Numbered from the stretch's first letter, positions 38,021 to 53,579 are shown. The stretch is 64,000 bases of DNA from Podarcis filfolensis (GCA_964270895.1 OZ185437.1); one strand, 5' to 3'. Numbers and translations: made by a program. Notes: generated by a model not told the origin, from the sequence alone.

Positions 38021-39896
38021 CTATGGGAGTAAAGTTATTTTAAGTTTATTTATAGGCCCCTTTGGAGGGAGGCACAGCCCCCCCCCCATAATCCCATTGA
38101 ACTAGGCAGGACTTCCAAATAAACATTAATAGGATCGGACTTTCTCAAAATAGATCATCTGAGTAGGAATTCAAAAATTGCTAGACACAGGTAACTAGTG
38201 TGTGGTATGGATTACCAAAAGGTAATTGGAATAATAAGGATAAGCTTCTTTTTCTTCTTCTTCTTCTTCTTTAAAAAAATGAACTTCAAAATCTTCTCAA
38301 TTGTGTGTACGTGTGATATATAAGCAGTGGGAACCTGCAGCCAATTGCAGCTTCTAAGCCTGTGGAGACGATGGTCTACAATGTTTTACATTTTTAAAAC
38401 ACAGACATGATTTTTCAGTAGGAAATGAGAAATGTGTTACAAGTTGCTTGTTTCATATGAATAGAAATAATGTTTGTAGTGTTTGTGTCTCCCAAGTTTT
38501 CATTCTTCCCTTCATCAAACAGGAATGGATCCTCTCACCTGCCAACCTCACTAAACTCTAATATGTACTTAAAGCATTTATCATCAAATTGTGACTGAAG
38601 ACAGATTAATAAGGGAGAGGCACAAACTGTATGTTTAAGGCTGCAACCCAAAAACACATATCTGAGAGTAAATTCCATTCAACTTCCAGGTAGACATGCA
38701 TAGGACTGCACTGTGAAAAGCACCTTGCATCATCCTTATACTATAACTATTAATCAAATGTATTCATCACACAAATGATGTCCAAGGTGCTATGCAAGGT
38801 ATAGAAGGGACATATTCTCTGTGCAGAAAACTTACCATTTAAAGTCCAAACCAATTTGCTTATTGAAATGCTGTATTTGAAATCAGTGAGGCCTAATTCC
38901 AAGTTTAATGCTTAAGAAATGAGGTGCTAATATAGCTACCTTAACGTTACCTCCCCCCCCACCCCCAAAATGCCCTTCTGCCATGCACAATGTGAAATTA
39001 TTATATGTCAATGGAAGCCAAGCATGGGAGGCAAGTGGCAGATGTATTCATTTTTATTATTTAACCATCAGGAACATACTTCATCCCTTTTCAGAATTTG
39101 TTTATCTATTTAATAGAGAAATAAAAATAGTGCAACAACTGTGGCTCTGACTTGTCTAACTATTGGAATTGTCCATAATATACAAATCTATAAGGCACTG
39201 CTTGACTGCTTCCCAGCCTGTTGAGTTGCTCAGCATGCACATTCTGCAGGAATAAGAGCTCCATGTCAAACTGCTGGGCCATTCATTATTAGAACAGCAA
39301 GGCCCTCTTCTGGATTGTAATCAGAATACGGTCAAGGAACAACCCAATAAGCACTGAAGTGCCAGCTCTAAGCTTTAGGCATTTCTTATTGCCATTTTCC
39401 TGCCTAGTTACCTTATATTAAGAAAAGTTCCTCTGGAAATCTACTTCTCAATATTCCTCTTTGACCTTTTTTTTTTTTTTTTTACAAAATAAACCCAAGA
39501 AAGCAATCTATAAAACTTATGAAACAGAATATTCATTCAAAAAATACTGGGTATGCTAGACTTCCGTTTTCAAGGCGGTTTTCTATCACAAGCATATAAG
39601 AAAAAGAAACTGTCTGTTTGCTAACTGTAGTGGCAGCGTAACCTGAAAAAGTACACACAACCAAACATGGTCATAAACCATGGTTTGTCAACTTAGACAT
39701 CATGAACAAACCATAGTCAAGCTTTCTTAATCATGAATGTCTTAATTGAGCTGAATATAAACAAGCCATTGTCTGGGATTTGCTAGCTTACCTTCGAATT
39801 CCTCCAAATTATGTATACATTGGAAACGTGCACTACGGTGATGAGGAAAGCAGCTTACTTTTAAGTAATACCAACTATAAATCTGTCTAGGATACA

Positions 39897-40035
39897 AGGG
39901 AAAGGGCTGTAGCACATTGGAAGAGAACATATTTTATGGGGAGAAGGTCCCAATTTCATCCCCCTGTTTCCAGTTAAGTTGTCCATAGATAGACCAATGG
40001 TCTGACTCAATATGACAGCTTCGTATGTCCTAGAG
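39897..40035 (+). mobile_element. Degenerate tRNA-derived SINE remnant
   Basis: gggaaagggctgtagc head and gaccaatggtctgactc...cagcttcgtatgtccta tail; the middle is deleted. Confidence 0.5.
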
Positions 40036-40613
40036 CTAATAAGACTGGTCCTCGTGACAGTTTTCAGCATAACAGCCACTGCTCACACAGGTTTCTAGCT
40101 GCTGACGCCATGAGTGGATATGCTGGTTCTGTTCTGGCTGATGGGGCATGCAGAACTCTGAGACCACTGAATTTTTGTATGTTGTTAAGTGGTTTAAATG
40201 TAAACAGAACTTGATATGTGCACTGGCCGGTATATCATCATGTGTGTGCATGGCATCAGTGGCAAGAAGTCAGCATACCTGCCAAACTGAGGACTTTTGG
40301 GATAGTTGGTCTTCCAGCTGATCAGTTCAAAATTAGTAGGGCTACAACAGTGTCATATTAACTAATTATTGGAGGATACCACTCCTTTCTATTGTTCCTT
40401 ATAAAAAGCCAAACATTTTAACCAAAAGCCATATTCGACAATTTGATTATTATCTTTCAATCAGTGATACTTTTGGACATTTTACAGAGTAACAGACATG
40501 TTTTTCTCCACCTCTCAGGACTAAATACCATAGCTGAGGGAAGGTCAATACTGGCCAGGCTTTTCAAAGACTTGTCATTCTTCCAGCTTTGCTTTACTAT
40601 CCATCACAACCAC

Positions 40614-40654
40614 TCATTTACTGCATTCCTTTCTTCGAACTTTTGATTTTGGTG
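40614..40654 (-). CDS. ADAT2: ADAT2 exon 6
   Basis: ggcag|CA CCA AAA...AAA TGA = (A)PKSKVRRKECSK*. Confidence 0.93.
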
Positions 40655-40684
40655 CTGCCACAAGAAAAGAAAACATAAGCATTA

Positions 40685-40924
<240 letters not shown>

Positions 40925-42382
40925 TCACTGTGTTCAACTTCCAGGGGCAAAAGAAAATCCACTGAACAACTTCATACCGGAGGTTTTTTTTAAGGCAAAG
41001 CAGTACCTTTCAATAACAAAAATGGCTTACCACTGAAGGTATCCAATTTACACATATAAATAGCATGTTTCCAAACCATTCTTATATGCATCTTGACTGG
41101 CTTACAGATAATAACCATAGTGTGATAGCCTGGTTTGTAGGGATAGTTTAAAATAACAGTTTCCTGGTTGGGACATTAGAAGCAACTGTGGTTTAACAAG
41201 CCTCCAAACTAATGAGTGAAGGCATATGAGAGAAGGGAAGTGAGAGTGTGCACATACACAGGCTCTTCCCATTCCAACCAACCATGGTTTGCTGAACAGG
41301 AATCTATGAGTTTGTGCCAAGGAACTTGCCTTTGTGGATGTGTTTTTCCTATAGCTGTCAACTTATCCCTTTTTTTAAGGGAAATTCCCTTATTCCAAAT
41401 AGGATTCCTCGCAAGAAAAGGGAAAAGTTGACAGATATGGTTTTCCCCCTAGCAGCAAAACGTCCTTGACCTATCAAAATAATTTAGTTATGTTGCAACT
41501 TTTTCCACTCACAAATCTTTCCCTGTTATCATTTATTTCTTGACATGTGTGAGTGTGAGTGAAAGTGACAGTGCTTACACACATACACAAAATAGGATGC
41601 TTTCAATGAATGCCCTAATTTAAACAATATGCACGGACATGGTGGAATAATTTATACACAGCCATTGACTTGCAATTGTTTGAGAACAGAAATCAAATTT
41701 CTTAAATGCAAGACATTTCTTCTCACATAGTTGCCATGATGTAGAGCTAGTGTCATCACTATGCTAAAAATCAGGGTAAATAAAGTGCCCTTTTTTCTCT
41801 TTTAAACAAAATTACAACCAATTCTGGTCCTATAATGGTTTCCAACTATTCTGATAAACCTTCATCCATATAAGTGTATTATTTATTAAGTTTATAACCT
41901 GCTCTTTGTTTTTAAAGGGGGGATACATAAGATTTATTGTGGTCTTTCGTCCATGGACTACTCAGATCCACTTAGCTTCACCAATGCTGCACAATTAAGT
42001 GTGAATCCATTTTTATTGCAGCTAATTTTACAATTTATGGTTTGCATTCCCTCACACCTCAAACAAGGATGAATTATAATCTTCTCTATAAAATAAAGGA
42101 GCCCTGAAGATGCTATATTATGGAAGAACACTCCAGCCTGCTATTTCTGTTTGGGGGTGGGGGGGTGGGAAGAGAGTGGCTGCTCTAGATCCTAAAGCTA
42201 TTTGCAGTCTCTCTGAATGTTGATTCAGTACCAAACTATCACTGGAGAAATGCTGACACAATGGTGCTAAGGATGAACTTCAGTGGTAGTTTCAGAATTA
42301 AAGTACTGACAACGATGCACCTTTAGAATAATTTCTCTCTGGATAAGGTTGTACCATCAACATGCACTTGGTTCTTCTATAC

Positions 42383-42516
42383 CAGTGGTGGCCAAACTTG
42401 GCCCTCCATCTGTTTTGGGACTACAATTCCCATCATCCCTGACCACTGGTCCTGTTAGCTAGGGATGATGGAAGTTGTAGTCCAAAAAAGAGATGGAGGG
42501 CTAAGTTTGGCCACTG
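42383..42516. mobile_element. hAT-type fold-back MITE in ADAT2 intron 4
   Basis: Long imperfect inverted arms tggccaaacttggccctccatct...ggactacaattcccatcatccct / agggatgatggaagttgtagtcc...agatggagggctaagtttggcca. Confidence 0.8.
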
Positions 42517-42533
42517 ATGTCTACACACTTTCA

Positions 42534-43977
<1,444 letters not shown>

Positions 43978-46755
43978 TCAGTACTTACACCAAATAGTAA
44001 TGTATATCAGTCTGAATGGATGGATTCCTGCTATTTTTAGTAGGAAGGCAATAGGGTAGCATCTTCAGTGATGCCAAAGCTTAACCACTAAAACTATATA
44101 AAAGATGGTCATAATAACTGCAGAAATTTCATTTCAAAGCGGTAAATTTCCTCTTGTAAAATAGAAAAGCAGAGTATGTTGTTGGCACTTTATTGAAAGG
44201 TTCTTCCTTATCAAAATCTGCTATAAAGGGAAAATGCACAATACATCTGTTTCTCTTTATCCTTGGTTAACAAATGTTATGTTAATCAGCTTTTCCATTA
44301 TTGAAAACATCCCAGTTTTTACCCAGATTTCCATTTATGCAAGGACAGAGAGGTCAGACAGAAAGTGGCCAGTTGGGGGGAAATGCTAAGCTACAGGCAA
44401 AATGCTTTCCTTACTTGTCAAGATATCAACATCCTTATTTTGTATCTAACTCAGTCTATGAATAAATATGAGGGAGGCGATGAGACCTACTAGTCATAAG
44501 AGCTCAAAGGATACCACAGAAGACACCCTCCCTCTTTCAACAGCTTTAGGCATGTTCACATATTCCATCTACAGTCACTTTCAATTAGGAGCATTTGAAA
44601 ATGCTCCTAGGCTCAATAGAATGTCAGTATTGTTCACAGGCAGACCGAATACCTCCATTTCATTCATTTATTTACATTTTGATATTCTTTACCCTGATCA
44701 TAAGCTGGCAAGGCTTACATAAAAATTCATTTAAAATAGGAACAACAACAAGACACACACAGTGATGAAACAGGATTAAAAAAACAAGAATTAAAAGATT
44801 TGGGAAGATAAAAAGAGCAGACTCAATGTCTCTGGGGAAAACACTACAACCGTTGATCTGGCTTCACCTCCAATGGCAGTGGGACCAGAGAACAGGCTCT
44901 GAGGATCATAGTCATACTTGAACAGATTCACGTAGGAGAAGGCACCCAAGATTCAAAGTCATTTCAGCCTTTAGAGACTAAAACCAGCCCAAAGAAATAG
45001 AGCAGTTATTTCAAGGCTGGCAAGTTATGATCTGGATGTCAGTTCTCACTTAGCAGTCTAGCCACTGCATAATGAACTTACTGTTATGTCCATTCCTCAA
45101 ACACAACCCCATGTACAAAACATTATACTTGCCTGAATAGGATATTAACAAGAGCATGGATAGGAACTGCAGTTGGTGCACTAGCCCAAATGCTTTAATA
45201 CACCATTTAGCGACAAAACAGAAGACATATTTTGATAAGAGATGTTTTAAGCTATTTAAGGCTGCTTGGCTTATGATAAATGAAGCCTATATATTTCATT
45301 GAATTCCACTTCTTTACCACTCTGTTGCTGTTAAGATAGCAATCAAAGACAGGAAGCAAATTAATCATTGGGTAGATTAATAACTGTTCTGACTTAATTT
45401 GTTAAAGTTTTATGAACATTGTTTTAAATCCCTTCAGGTAGACTGTTTCCCTTGCAATAACTTGTTCCACAAATGATTTCAGATCAAAGTCGAGATCGAA
45501 AAATAAATAACTGATAACAAATACATACCAAACAGAATTATTAGTATCTTATGCATTTGTCTGTAAACCAATGTTATAAGACAGTTTTGCAAATGAATTT
45601 ATATTTTAGCCAGGCTTCTGAAAGATCAGGATCAGCAGACACCATGAACAGTGTCAAGCACTCCAGGAAATGTTCAGCCACCTTCTTTCAAACCAGGTGG
45701 GTGGGCAGGTTATGCTTGCAAGTGAGGTTTAGTGTGCCAGATAACTGTTACAGCCAAAAAGAACAAACAATGCACGTTCAAACAGAAACAGAAGCATGAA
45801 GGAGGGAAAACAAGAGCAGGCAAGGAAGCTGCCAGAGGGAAAAACATGCTGGTAATATTTGCTCCATCTCCTGCCAGACAATTCAGAAGGGTCAGCTCAG
45901 AGAAGTATTGGCTGCACTATCTGAACAGTGAACTCCCCCAGCTGCAGATTAAAACAAATCTATTATGCTGTTCAACATACAATCCAGCTCAGGATCACTT
46001 CTCACATTTTGTACTCGGGCACAGATACCAGAGCTTAAAAAAACCCACACAGCCATAACAAAAACATGCATGCATTTTGTGAATGGAATACTGTCAGTAA
46101 ACTGCAACTTTTCTTGGCAAACATTTATAAAAATAAGATGAAAAACACATCAACTTTTGATCAGAAAATCTTTGAGATTGTTAACAAAGTTAAAATGTTT
46201 TTTTTAAAAAATAAATAAATAAACACCACTGTATCAGCTTTAGCTGTGTCCTGAAAATATTTCAGTGAAAAGCTGCTGCTTTTAAGAATTATACTATTTT
46301 TTTTAAAAAAGTTTTAATTAAAATGCAGTTGCATTAATATGCAGAAAGGCCGGATACAGTTACGATAAAAACACAGAAGCTGAAACAACAAATCAAAGGA
46401 CCAAAAGTAAAGAAAATGAATTCTCACCAGCATTCAGAAATCAGTGCTATGCCAAATGCCTTGTAGAAAAGGAATGTTGTCATGGCCCTTCTGAATTACA
46501 GTAGGAAGGGTTCCAGGTGATATTTCTCCTATTGGAAGATGTTCAAGAGTTGCAGAGAACTACTGAAAACACAGTGCTTTACACACCTAATTTCCAGAAA
46601 GAAGGAGCACAAACGTGCAAATATTCCAGAGACAGCAGTGTACATATGCCACTCAGAAGTTACACAAGATGCATGTTTTTGGACTGCAAAAATGATTACA
46701 ATTATACCAACTTAAGGAGTTTTTACCCGCATATGCAGTGCAGTGATTTACATTA

Positions 46756-46884
<129 letters not shown>

Positions 46885-47316
46885 CTATCAGACACAAAAT
46901 GAATAAACAAGAGCAGCTTTATCACTGATTATATACACCAAGGCAAAGTACATTGCGTTCCAAATCCTCCCACCCCACAAGCCAGCATTAAGAAAGCAGC
47001 GAATTCCAATATATTCTTACCCAAGGATTACTCTCAAAAGTAAGGGTGGAAATTAATCTGTTCCCCACTTTTCATATAATAACCAAAGGCAGCCATGTTA
47101 GAACACAATAAAAATTCAAAAACCCACATTAGGGCAATATCTGGCCAACTGCAATAATATCACAAATCTGAGTGCATGTTTTCAAGTTCTCCTGAACTTT
47201 TCATCAGGCTAGATGTTAAATGATGCCAAAATGCAGGGGAGGGAGGAGAAGAAGAGAACTATATTTTGCTACCCCTTATCTAGCAAAATATAGTTCTCTT
47301 CTTCTCTTCCCTTATC

Positions 47317-47549
47317 TTCCTGCCAACCTAGCAGTTTGATAGCACGTCAAAATGCAAGTAGATAAATCTGGCAGGAAGGTAAATTGCATTTCCGTGTGCT
47401 GCTCTGGTTTGCCAGAAGCGGCTTAGTCGTGCTGGCTACATGACCCGGAAGCTGTACGCCGGCTCCCTCGGCCAATAAAGCGAGATGAGCGCCGCAATCC
47501 CAGAGTCGGCCACGACTGGACCTAATGTTCAGCGGTCACTTTACCTTTA
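47317..47549 (+). mobile_element. 5'-truncated Sauria (POM-type) SINE in ADAT2 intron 1
   Basis: ttcctgccaacctagcag...gagtcggccacgactggacctaat...ctttaccttta; TSD ccccttatcta at 47272-82 and 47550-60. Confidence 0.92.
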
Positions 47550-47569
47550 CCCCTTATCTACGTCTATCC

Positions 47570-47930
47570 TCAGAATGAGCTCAGGCTTGTTAGAGAAGTT
47601 ACAAACAAACAAACAAATGCTTCTTTGGCTATGTTCGAAACAATAGGAAGAACAAGCAAGTAGTAGGTCATCTGCATGGAGATGGGAGAAATGCTGTTGG
47701 ATGACACGAGAGAAGCCGGAACTGCTCAACAAACTACAGTACTTTGCCTCTGTCTTAACCCAAATGGAATGAAGGTCTATCCTGGTGATAACATAATAGA
47801 CGATGCAGGGAGGATGTTGAAGGCCAAGATAGGAAGGGGGGGAGGTGGTAAGGTAATACCTAGCTAGTCTAAATGAATTTAAACCTTTGGAGCTTGTGAG
47901 CTGCACCCAAGGGTACAAAAGGAAAGACAC
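47570..47930 (+). mobile_element. CR1 ORF2 fragment
   Basis: Decayed QNELRLVREV...FFGYVR...G.LHGDGEMLLDD.EA..LN.YFASV...LNEFK, matching the CR1 endonuclease-RT linker; boundaries approximate. Confidence 0.7.
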
Positions 47931-48220
47931 GCTTCCTTTATCCATACATGTCTCGCATGGCCCTTGAGAGAATCAGCACTGACAAGGGGTTTGCGGGCTT
48001 CCCCTAGGCCTAGGGGTACTGTGAAGACTGGATGCTGTACTGAGTGTCCTCGGTGGGCCTTTGGCCTAATCCAGCTCCTACACCCTTAGATGACAACAAA
48101 ACTGCCTAGGCGTTTAACGCGCCATGAGACTCGTTTTTGCTTCGACGAGCATCCCAGCCACAAGACTCACGCGACCGTCCTTTTATGCAGCCCCTCCGCT
48201 CCCCACCCTCACTCACTCAC

Positions 48221-48292
48221 CATGTTTACAGCGAGGTCCATCCAGGCCTCCCTTTCCCCTGCGGTCACCGCTCGCCCCTTCTCCGCTTCCAT
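48221..48292 (-). CDS. ADAT2: ADAT2 exon 1, coding part
   Basis: ATG at 48292-90: MEAEKGRAVTAGEREAWMDLAVNM|gtgagt; W-M-x-x-A-x-x-M matches human WMEEAMHM. Confidence 0.9.
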
Positions 48293-48551
48293 CTCTCTAT
48301 AGAGGCGAGCGGGGCCGCCGCCGACACTACAGCTCCGGAACGGAGAGTACGGAGCCGATGTTTCCGGGGGGGATCGGGATCTAAACGGACCGCGCAGCAG
48401 TGGGGGACTAGAATGCAGGTAGGAGGCGGAGCGGCAGCAGCCTCTGCCTTCGCTTTGCGTGGCCGACGTTCGGGGCGGGGCTGGAGGCTTTGCGGCGGCT
48501 GCGCTACGGGGAAGAGGCAGCGCCGAGCCCTTGCTTTTCGCGGACGCCGGG

Positions 48552-48624
48552 ATGCTGTTGGCCGTGTGGGGCTTCCTGAAGCGACACAAAAAGAAATGCT
48601 TCTTCCTGGGCGCCTTCGTGGGCG
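48552..48624 (+). CDS. PEX3: PEX3 exon 1
   Basis: MLLAVWGFLKRHKKKCFFLGAFVG(G)|gtaagt. Confidence 0.96.
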
Positions 48625-48729
48625 GTAAGTGAGAAGAACCCCTCCCTTTCGCCTTCCGCTCGCGTGTCCTCGGTCTCCGCATAGCCCTCCTTAGCCAAAG
48701 GGGGCCTTTGGCTGCCTTTGCTTCTCACC

Positions 48730-49017
48730 CAGTGCCGCATTTACGTATAAGCTAAGCAAGCTATAGCTTAGGGCCCCACAAAAAATTAAAGAAAAAAAAA
48801 ACCCCTGGGTGTAAATTTCCAAAATATAAGATAAAACCTACATACAGCAACAGAGGCGAATGGCTTTAGATACCTATTAGGTCCAGAAATAACCATATAG
48901 CATATATTCAACACAAAAAACAGCGGCAATTTGTTGTTGACAAAGGACGGCTGAAAATATAAAGGGCCCCTTTACCTTCAGTAGCTTAGGGCCTCATCAA
49001 ACCTAAATCCAGCCCTG
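48730..49017. mobile_element. Non-autonomous hAT element, 288 bp, in PEX3 intron 1
   Basis: TIRs cagtgccgcattta / taaatccagccctg; 8-bp TSD ttctcacc / ttctctcc. Confidence 0.82.
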
Positions 49018-50277
49018 TTCTCTCCCCCATACGCTCCGCCTCCCCCCATGCACACACACACCTGCTGCCTTGTTCCCTGAGATTCCTCCCCCCCCCCCAA
49101 ATCTCCCAGCAGTAAGCCCTACTGTTTTTAGTAGGGCTTACTCCCAGGTAAGCGTGGATACCTGCCCAAGCAATTATGGCACTGGATGTCGGTGTGCAGT
49201 TCCTTATCTTTTTGAGTTCAGGTGCGGTCCGCGCCAGTTACAGCCCCAACAAACCTGCTAGGCAGGCCAGCTCTAGCATTGCTGTGTATTGTAAGGCAGG
49301 GGCTGAAGTCAAGAGAGGGCCACTTGCTCCTGCTCTATGGTGGCCACACACCTTCTCTCCCAGGCTGTGGCTCCTGCTGTTTCTCCCTCCTTGTGCCTTT
49401 ATTTCAGCTGATCTCTTGTGTCTTTTAGCCAGAATCCGGTGTGTCATCCCTCCTTTTTCCTGGCTTGAAAAGTAGTCCCCCACCCCCCAAGAAAAACTTT
49501 TTTTAAGCTCAAAATTGCTGAAGGTGCTCGAGTTCAGGCCTGTTCCTTATTCACTCGTTTCAGATTATAACTTGTCTTAATCTTTCCTAACAAGTGCATG
49601 TATGGACTCATTCCTTCTTTTCAGATCAAAGTCTTTCTTTTTGCACAATCATCCTGTTATAACCAGCTCTTGCAGATACTTGCTCCCCACCCCCACCCCT
49701 GATTTGTTTTTTGCTCTGTACTAGTGGGAAAACACTTACCCCCTTTATTGTGCTTTTCTGGACATATACATTTCATGTGCTGATATCTTGTATTCTACAT
49801 CATTAGAAGTTTATATTTCAAAATAGGGGAGTATGTGGCAGTAGCAGCCATTGCTTCATAACTTACATTTGAAACTGCTATATATTCATTTGCCATGAGT
49901 TAGGCTTTTCTCATCTCAGTATTCAACACTACTTAACCAGGGGACTCTATTTCCATTATCAGTTTGCTAAAAGTACTACTTGAATAATTTGTATAGTCAA
50001 CTTTTTTATCTGATTGTGTGAAACTATTACCAATAATTTTCTATCACAATCCATTGTAGGTCATTTTTGCCTGAGAAAGGGAAGACAGTCTGGAAATTAA
50101 GAACAGTTTTATTTAGCACATATGCTGTTTCGGTGATCCTGTACTGTGATGGGATCCAGCCTTACTTACGATCATTTAATCTAATTGTGAGAACTTGTTC
50201 TGGGTAACATTTTTACAATTTCTACTGAAATCAAGAGAAAAATATATTCTAAAGCAGAAGAAACTGTTTGGTTGTAA

Positions 50278-50568
<291 letters not shown>

Positions 50569-51378
50569 TGATGCCAATTTGACAACTGATCACTGAACCA
50601 TGATTTGTCATGCCAAATCATAGTTAAACTTCCTTAACTATGGTTTGGTGTGCTGCCTAAACTGAAGTGGTCTTTTTGATTGAGGTAATATAAACAGAAT
50701 CACATAGTAGTTAGGGTCAAAAGAATTGCATGTCTAGCTTTGCATTTCCAGGGGGACTTGTGTTTTGTTAACAGCAGCCCCTTAAGTTGCATGGCAAACT
50801 ACATTTAAAACTCATGAAGGACCATCTGTAGCCTAAGGTAAGTTTGACTTTTATAGCTAATTTTGTTTTATTTTTCTGCACATTTTATGGACTGTTCTTA
50901 TCCTGTGCATCTGTGTTAAACTCCTATTTTTAAAAGCAATCATATCCATACTGAGCTTCCTTTACTCTAAAAGACTGAGATCATTTAGTCTCTATTCATA
51001 AAATTAGTTCTCTGATTGCAAAAGTGCTCTTTGCACTTTGGCTTTGAATTCCTCCTTTTTGAACAGGGGTAACTAAAGCTGGAAACAATAATATTAAAGG
51101 TGTCATTGTGCATACTTCCAGTTTGTGCTTTTTTAAAAAAACAAAAACAAATGATCCTTATATTTATTTCCCAAAGACCAAGAGTTGAATTCAAACTTGC
51201 AGTTCTGTGAACGGAACAGCTTCCCCTGTTGATGGAAGGTTCTGAGATCCAGCAGATGCTTGGCTGGAGAGAGAAGGGGAGGCCATTTAAGTCTATTCCC
51301 CCTATTAGTTCACCACTTCCTGTGCTGTTCAGGAAGGAGTCCCACCCTTCTAAAGCAGTTTCCCATGAGCTGCTATAG

Positions 51379-51515
51379 CAAGTGTGGAAAACCTTTAACT
51401 CTTCAGATGTTGCTAAACTACAATTTGCATAAGCCTCAGCAAACATGGCCAATGACCAGGGATGTGGGAGTTGTAAACCACTGACATTTGGTGGACTAAA
51501 TGTTCCTCACAGGTG
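51379..51515. mobile_element. hAT-type fold-back MITE
   Basis: Same family as 30950; TSD tgctatag / tgctagag. Confidence 0.7.
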
Positions 51516-51642
51516 TGCTAGAGGGAGGAGAAAGTATGAAAAAACACATACACATGTGCTCAAACCAATTACTGAATAAATGATTTGTTTGAGATTCTAT
51601 GTACACTGGTTACGTTCCTAATCATATGCTTTTTGTTAATAG

Positions 51643-51724
51643 TCCTGTCAATGCTTCCAACATTAAGGGATGCTTTGATGTATCAACTGAATTCTGAGAG
51701 CCTCACTTCACTGCTGAAGAATAG
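51643..51724 (+). CDS. PEX3: PEX3 exon 3
   Basis: [26 protein letters not shown]; AG/GT boundaries. Confidence 0.96.
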
Positions 51725-52280
51725 GTAAGTGTGATCTGTTGATTTGGTTTGAATGCCTATTCTTTATATTTGGGCTATAAGTGGAATGTGCATATGTAAC
51801 TATCATGTAGGAAAATTATTCCCTGCAACCTGAATCTGTGGACTGTGAAAACCTTTAAAGTTATTTTATCCTGATAGAGAAATATAAGAATTAAAACCAT
51901 GTAGCACATTTTGTATCTAATATGCATTAGTGGGGAAATGATACTGAAAAGTATTTATAATTGATGTTCTATGAAACACGTAGAGGAAGCATAAAGCACA
52001 TTCCAGTGTGTTTCAGTTAGTTTGAAAAATGCTTGTTGAAATATTATTTACAAAGGCCAGTTAGGGCTACATTTGTAAATTTCTTCAGAGCCTCAAATCC
52101 CCAGGCTTGGTTAATTATATCTTCATTTTCCTCCAAGCATTTCCTCCCAAGCAGTTTCAATGCTTGTTCATGCCTATATTAGAGTGAAAATTGAATTTCC
52201 ACTTTAATATAGACAGAAATTGAGCTTTCTTTCTACCAAGACCATTCATTTTCAATGTTTCCAATTTTGTGTTTTCTTAG

Positions 52281-52324
52281 ACCAGCCAACAAATTAGAAA
52301 TATGGGAAGATTTGAAGATAATAA
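52281..52324 (+). CDS. PEX3: PEX3 exon 4
   Basis: PANKLEIWEDLKII; AG/GT boundaries. Confidence 0.96.
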
Positions 52325-52698
52325 GTAAGTTGAAAGGAATAATTATGCTCATGATCCAGTGAGCCTCTTTTTATGTATGCACATAGCAGAGCTTCTGGTT
52401 TTTCTTCAAAATGCAACTCTGGTCCAGCTCCAGTGCACATTGCAATCTGTAAGCAGAACTATCAGATACGTGCTTCTTCAGAAGCAAGTGCCATTCTGTT
52501 CAATGAAGTTTACTACCAGCTCATTATACATAGGATTGTAGCCTTACAGAGCATTCCTGTCCCCACCCCAATGGCTGCAGATGGTGCTGTCAGGATGGTA
52601 TGTACTTGCCTCTCTACTGGCCTTCTTTGCCAAAGGTAGTCAGGGGGGAAAGGCTCTGCTTTGGCAGAGGTCTCAGCTTTACCTAGCCATGCACTGAG

Positions 52699-52956
52699 CA
52701 AGTAGTTCCCAACCTTTTTGATATGGCAACACCCAAGCCCAAACCTACATGGCATAGTGACCCATCATTTTATTGTCACATGAATTTTTGACCTTCCCAA
52801 GTGTTAAAATGTGGAAATTGAACCTTTCTAACACTAGTGTTAATGCAGCATTATAACATGCCAACAAAACAAAAAGTTGTAAGATTACAAGCAATACTTA
52901 TTTAAGGTTTGCGTACAAAGCCCATGACCCACTTATACAGGTTTTGTGAAACGCTG
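52699..52956. mobile_element. Degenerate hAT-Charlie-like element
   Basis: caagtagttcccaaccttttt...acccac...ggttttgtgaaacgctg ends; TSD unclear. Confidence 0.45.
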
Positions 52957-53375
52957 CACTAATCTCTCACCTGTGGTAGCCAGCGGAAAGCTCTAAAGTG
53001 GGGCACTAGCAGATTGGGATCAATGGGACCCAACCCCTTGAGATATTTAGCTACACCAGCCTGGAGCTGACGTAGTGAAAATAATCTGTTCCACACTTTC
53101 CCATCCCCTTGTTTGGATTGCTTTGCCATGTTCTTGCAAGCCTAAGTAATAGGCTTGTAAAATTTGTCCTTGTTTGAGCTCATTGCATCTTAAGCTCTTG
53201 ATTACCCAGAAGAAACACCTTTTTGAAGAAGACACGAAATACAGATAGCCCCTCTAAATAAGCTCTAGAAAGTTATGTTTTCTGCACATAAAACCAGAAC
53301 GGTAAACAGTTACTCTGTCCCATATATACAATATTTATTACTCTGCATTACTTTAGATGACATGCTGATTATTAG

Positions 53376-53579
<204 letters not shown>

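Larger units (their letters stand above)
48100..48720. promoter_or_regulatory. CpG island / bidirectional ADAT2-PEX3 promoter
   Basis: The densest extended CpG stretch in the window. The divergent ATGs are about 260 bp apart, with ETS cores CCGGAA (48335) and TTCCGG (48362) and an ACTACAgcTCC motif (48326) between them. Confidence 0.85.

Noticed and set aside
48090-48740. Several long ORFs on both strands at the promoter
   Set aside because: Stop-poor CpG-island sequence; only the ADAT2 and PEX3 first exons have homology support.
49110-49142. 13-bp perfect hairpin agtaagccctact / agtagggcttact
   Set aside because: Matches a very common short palindromic squamate repeat also seen in degenerate form near 3650, 11070-11210 and 38660.
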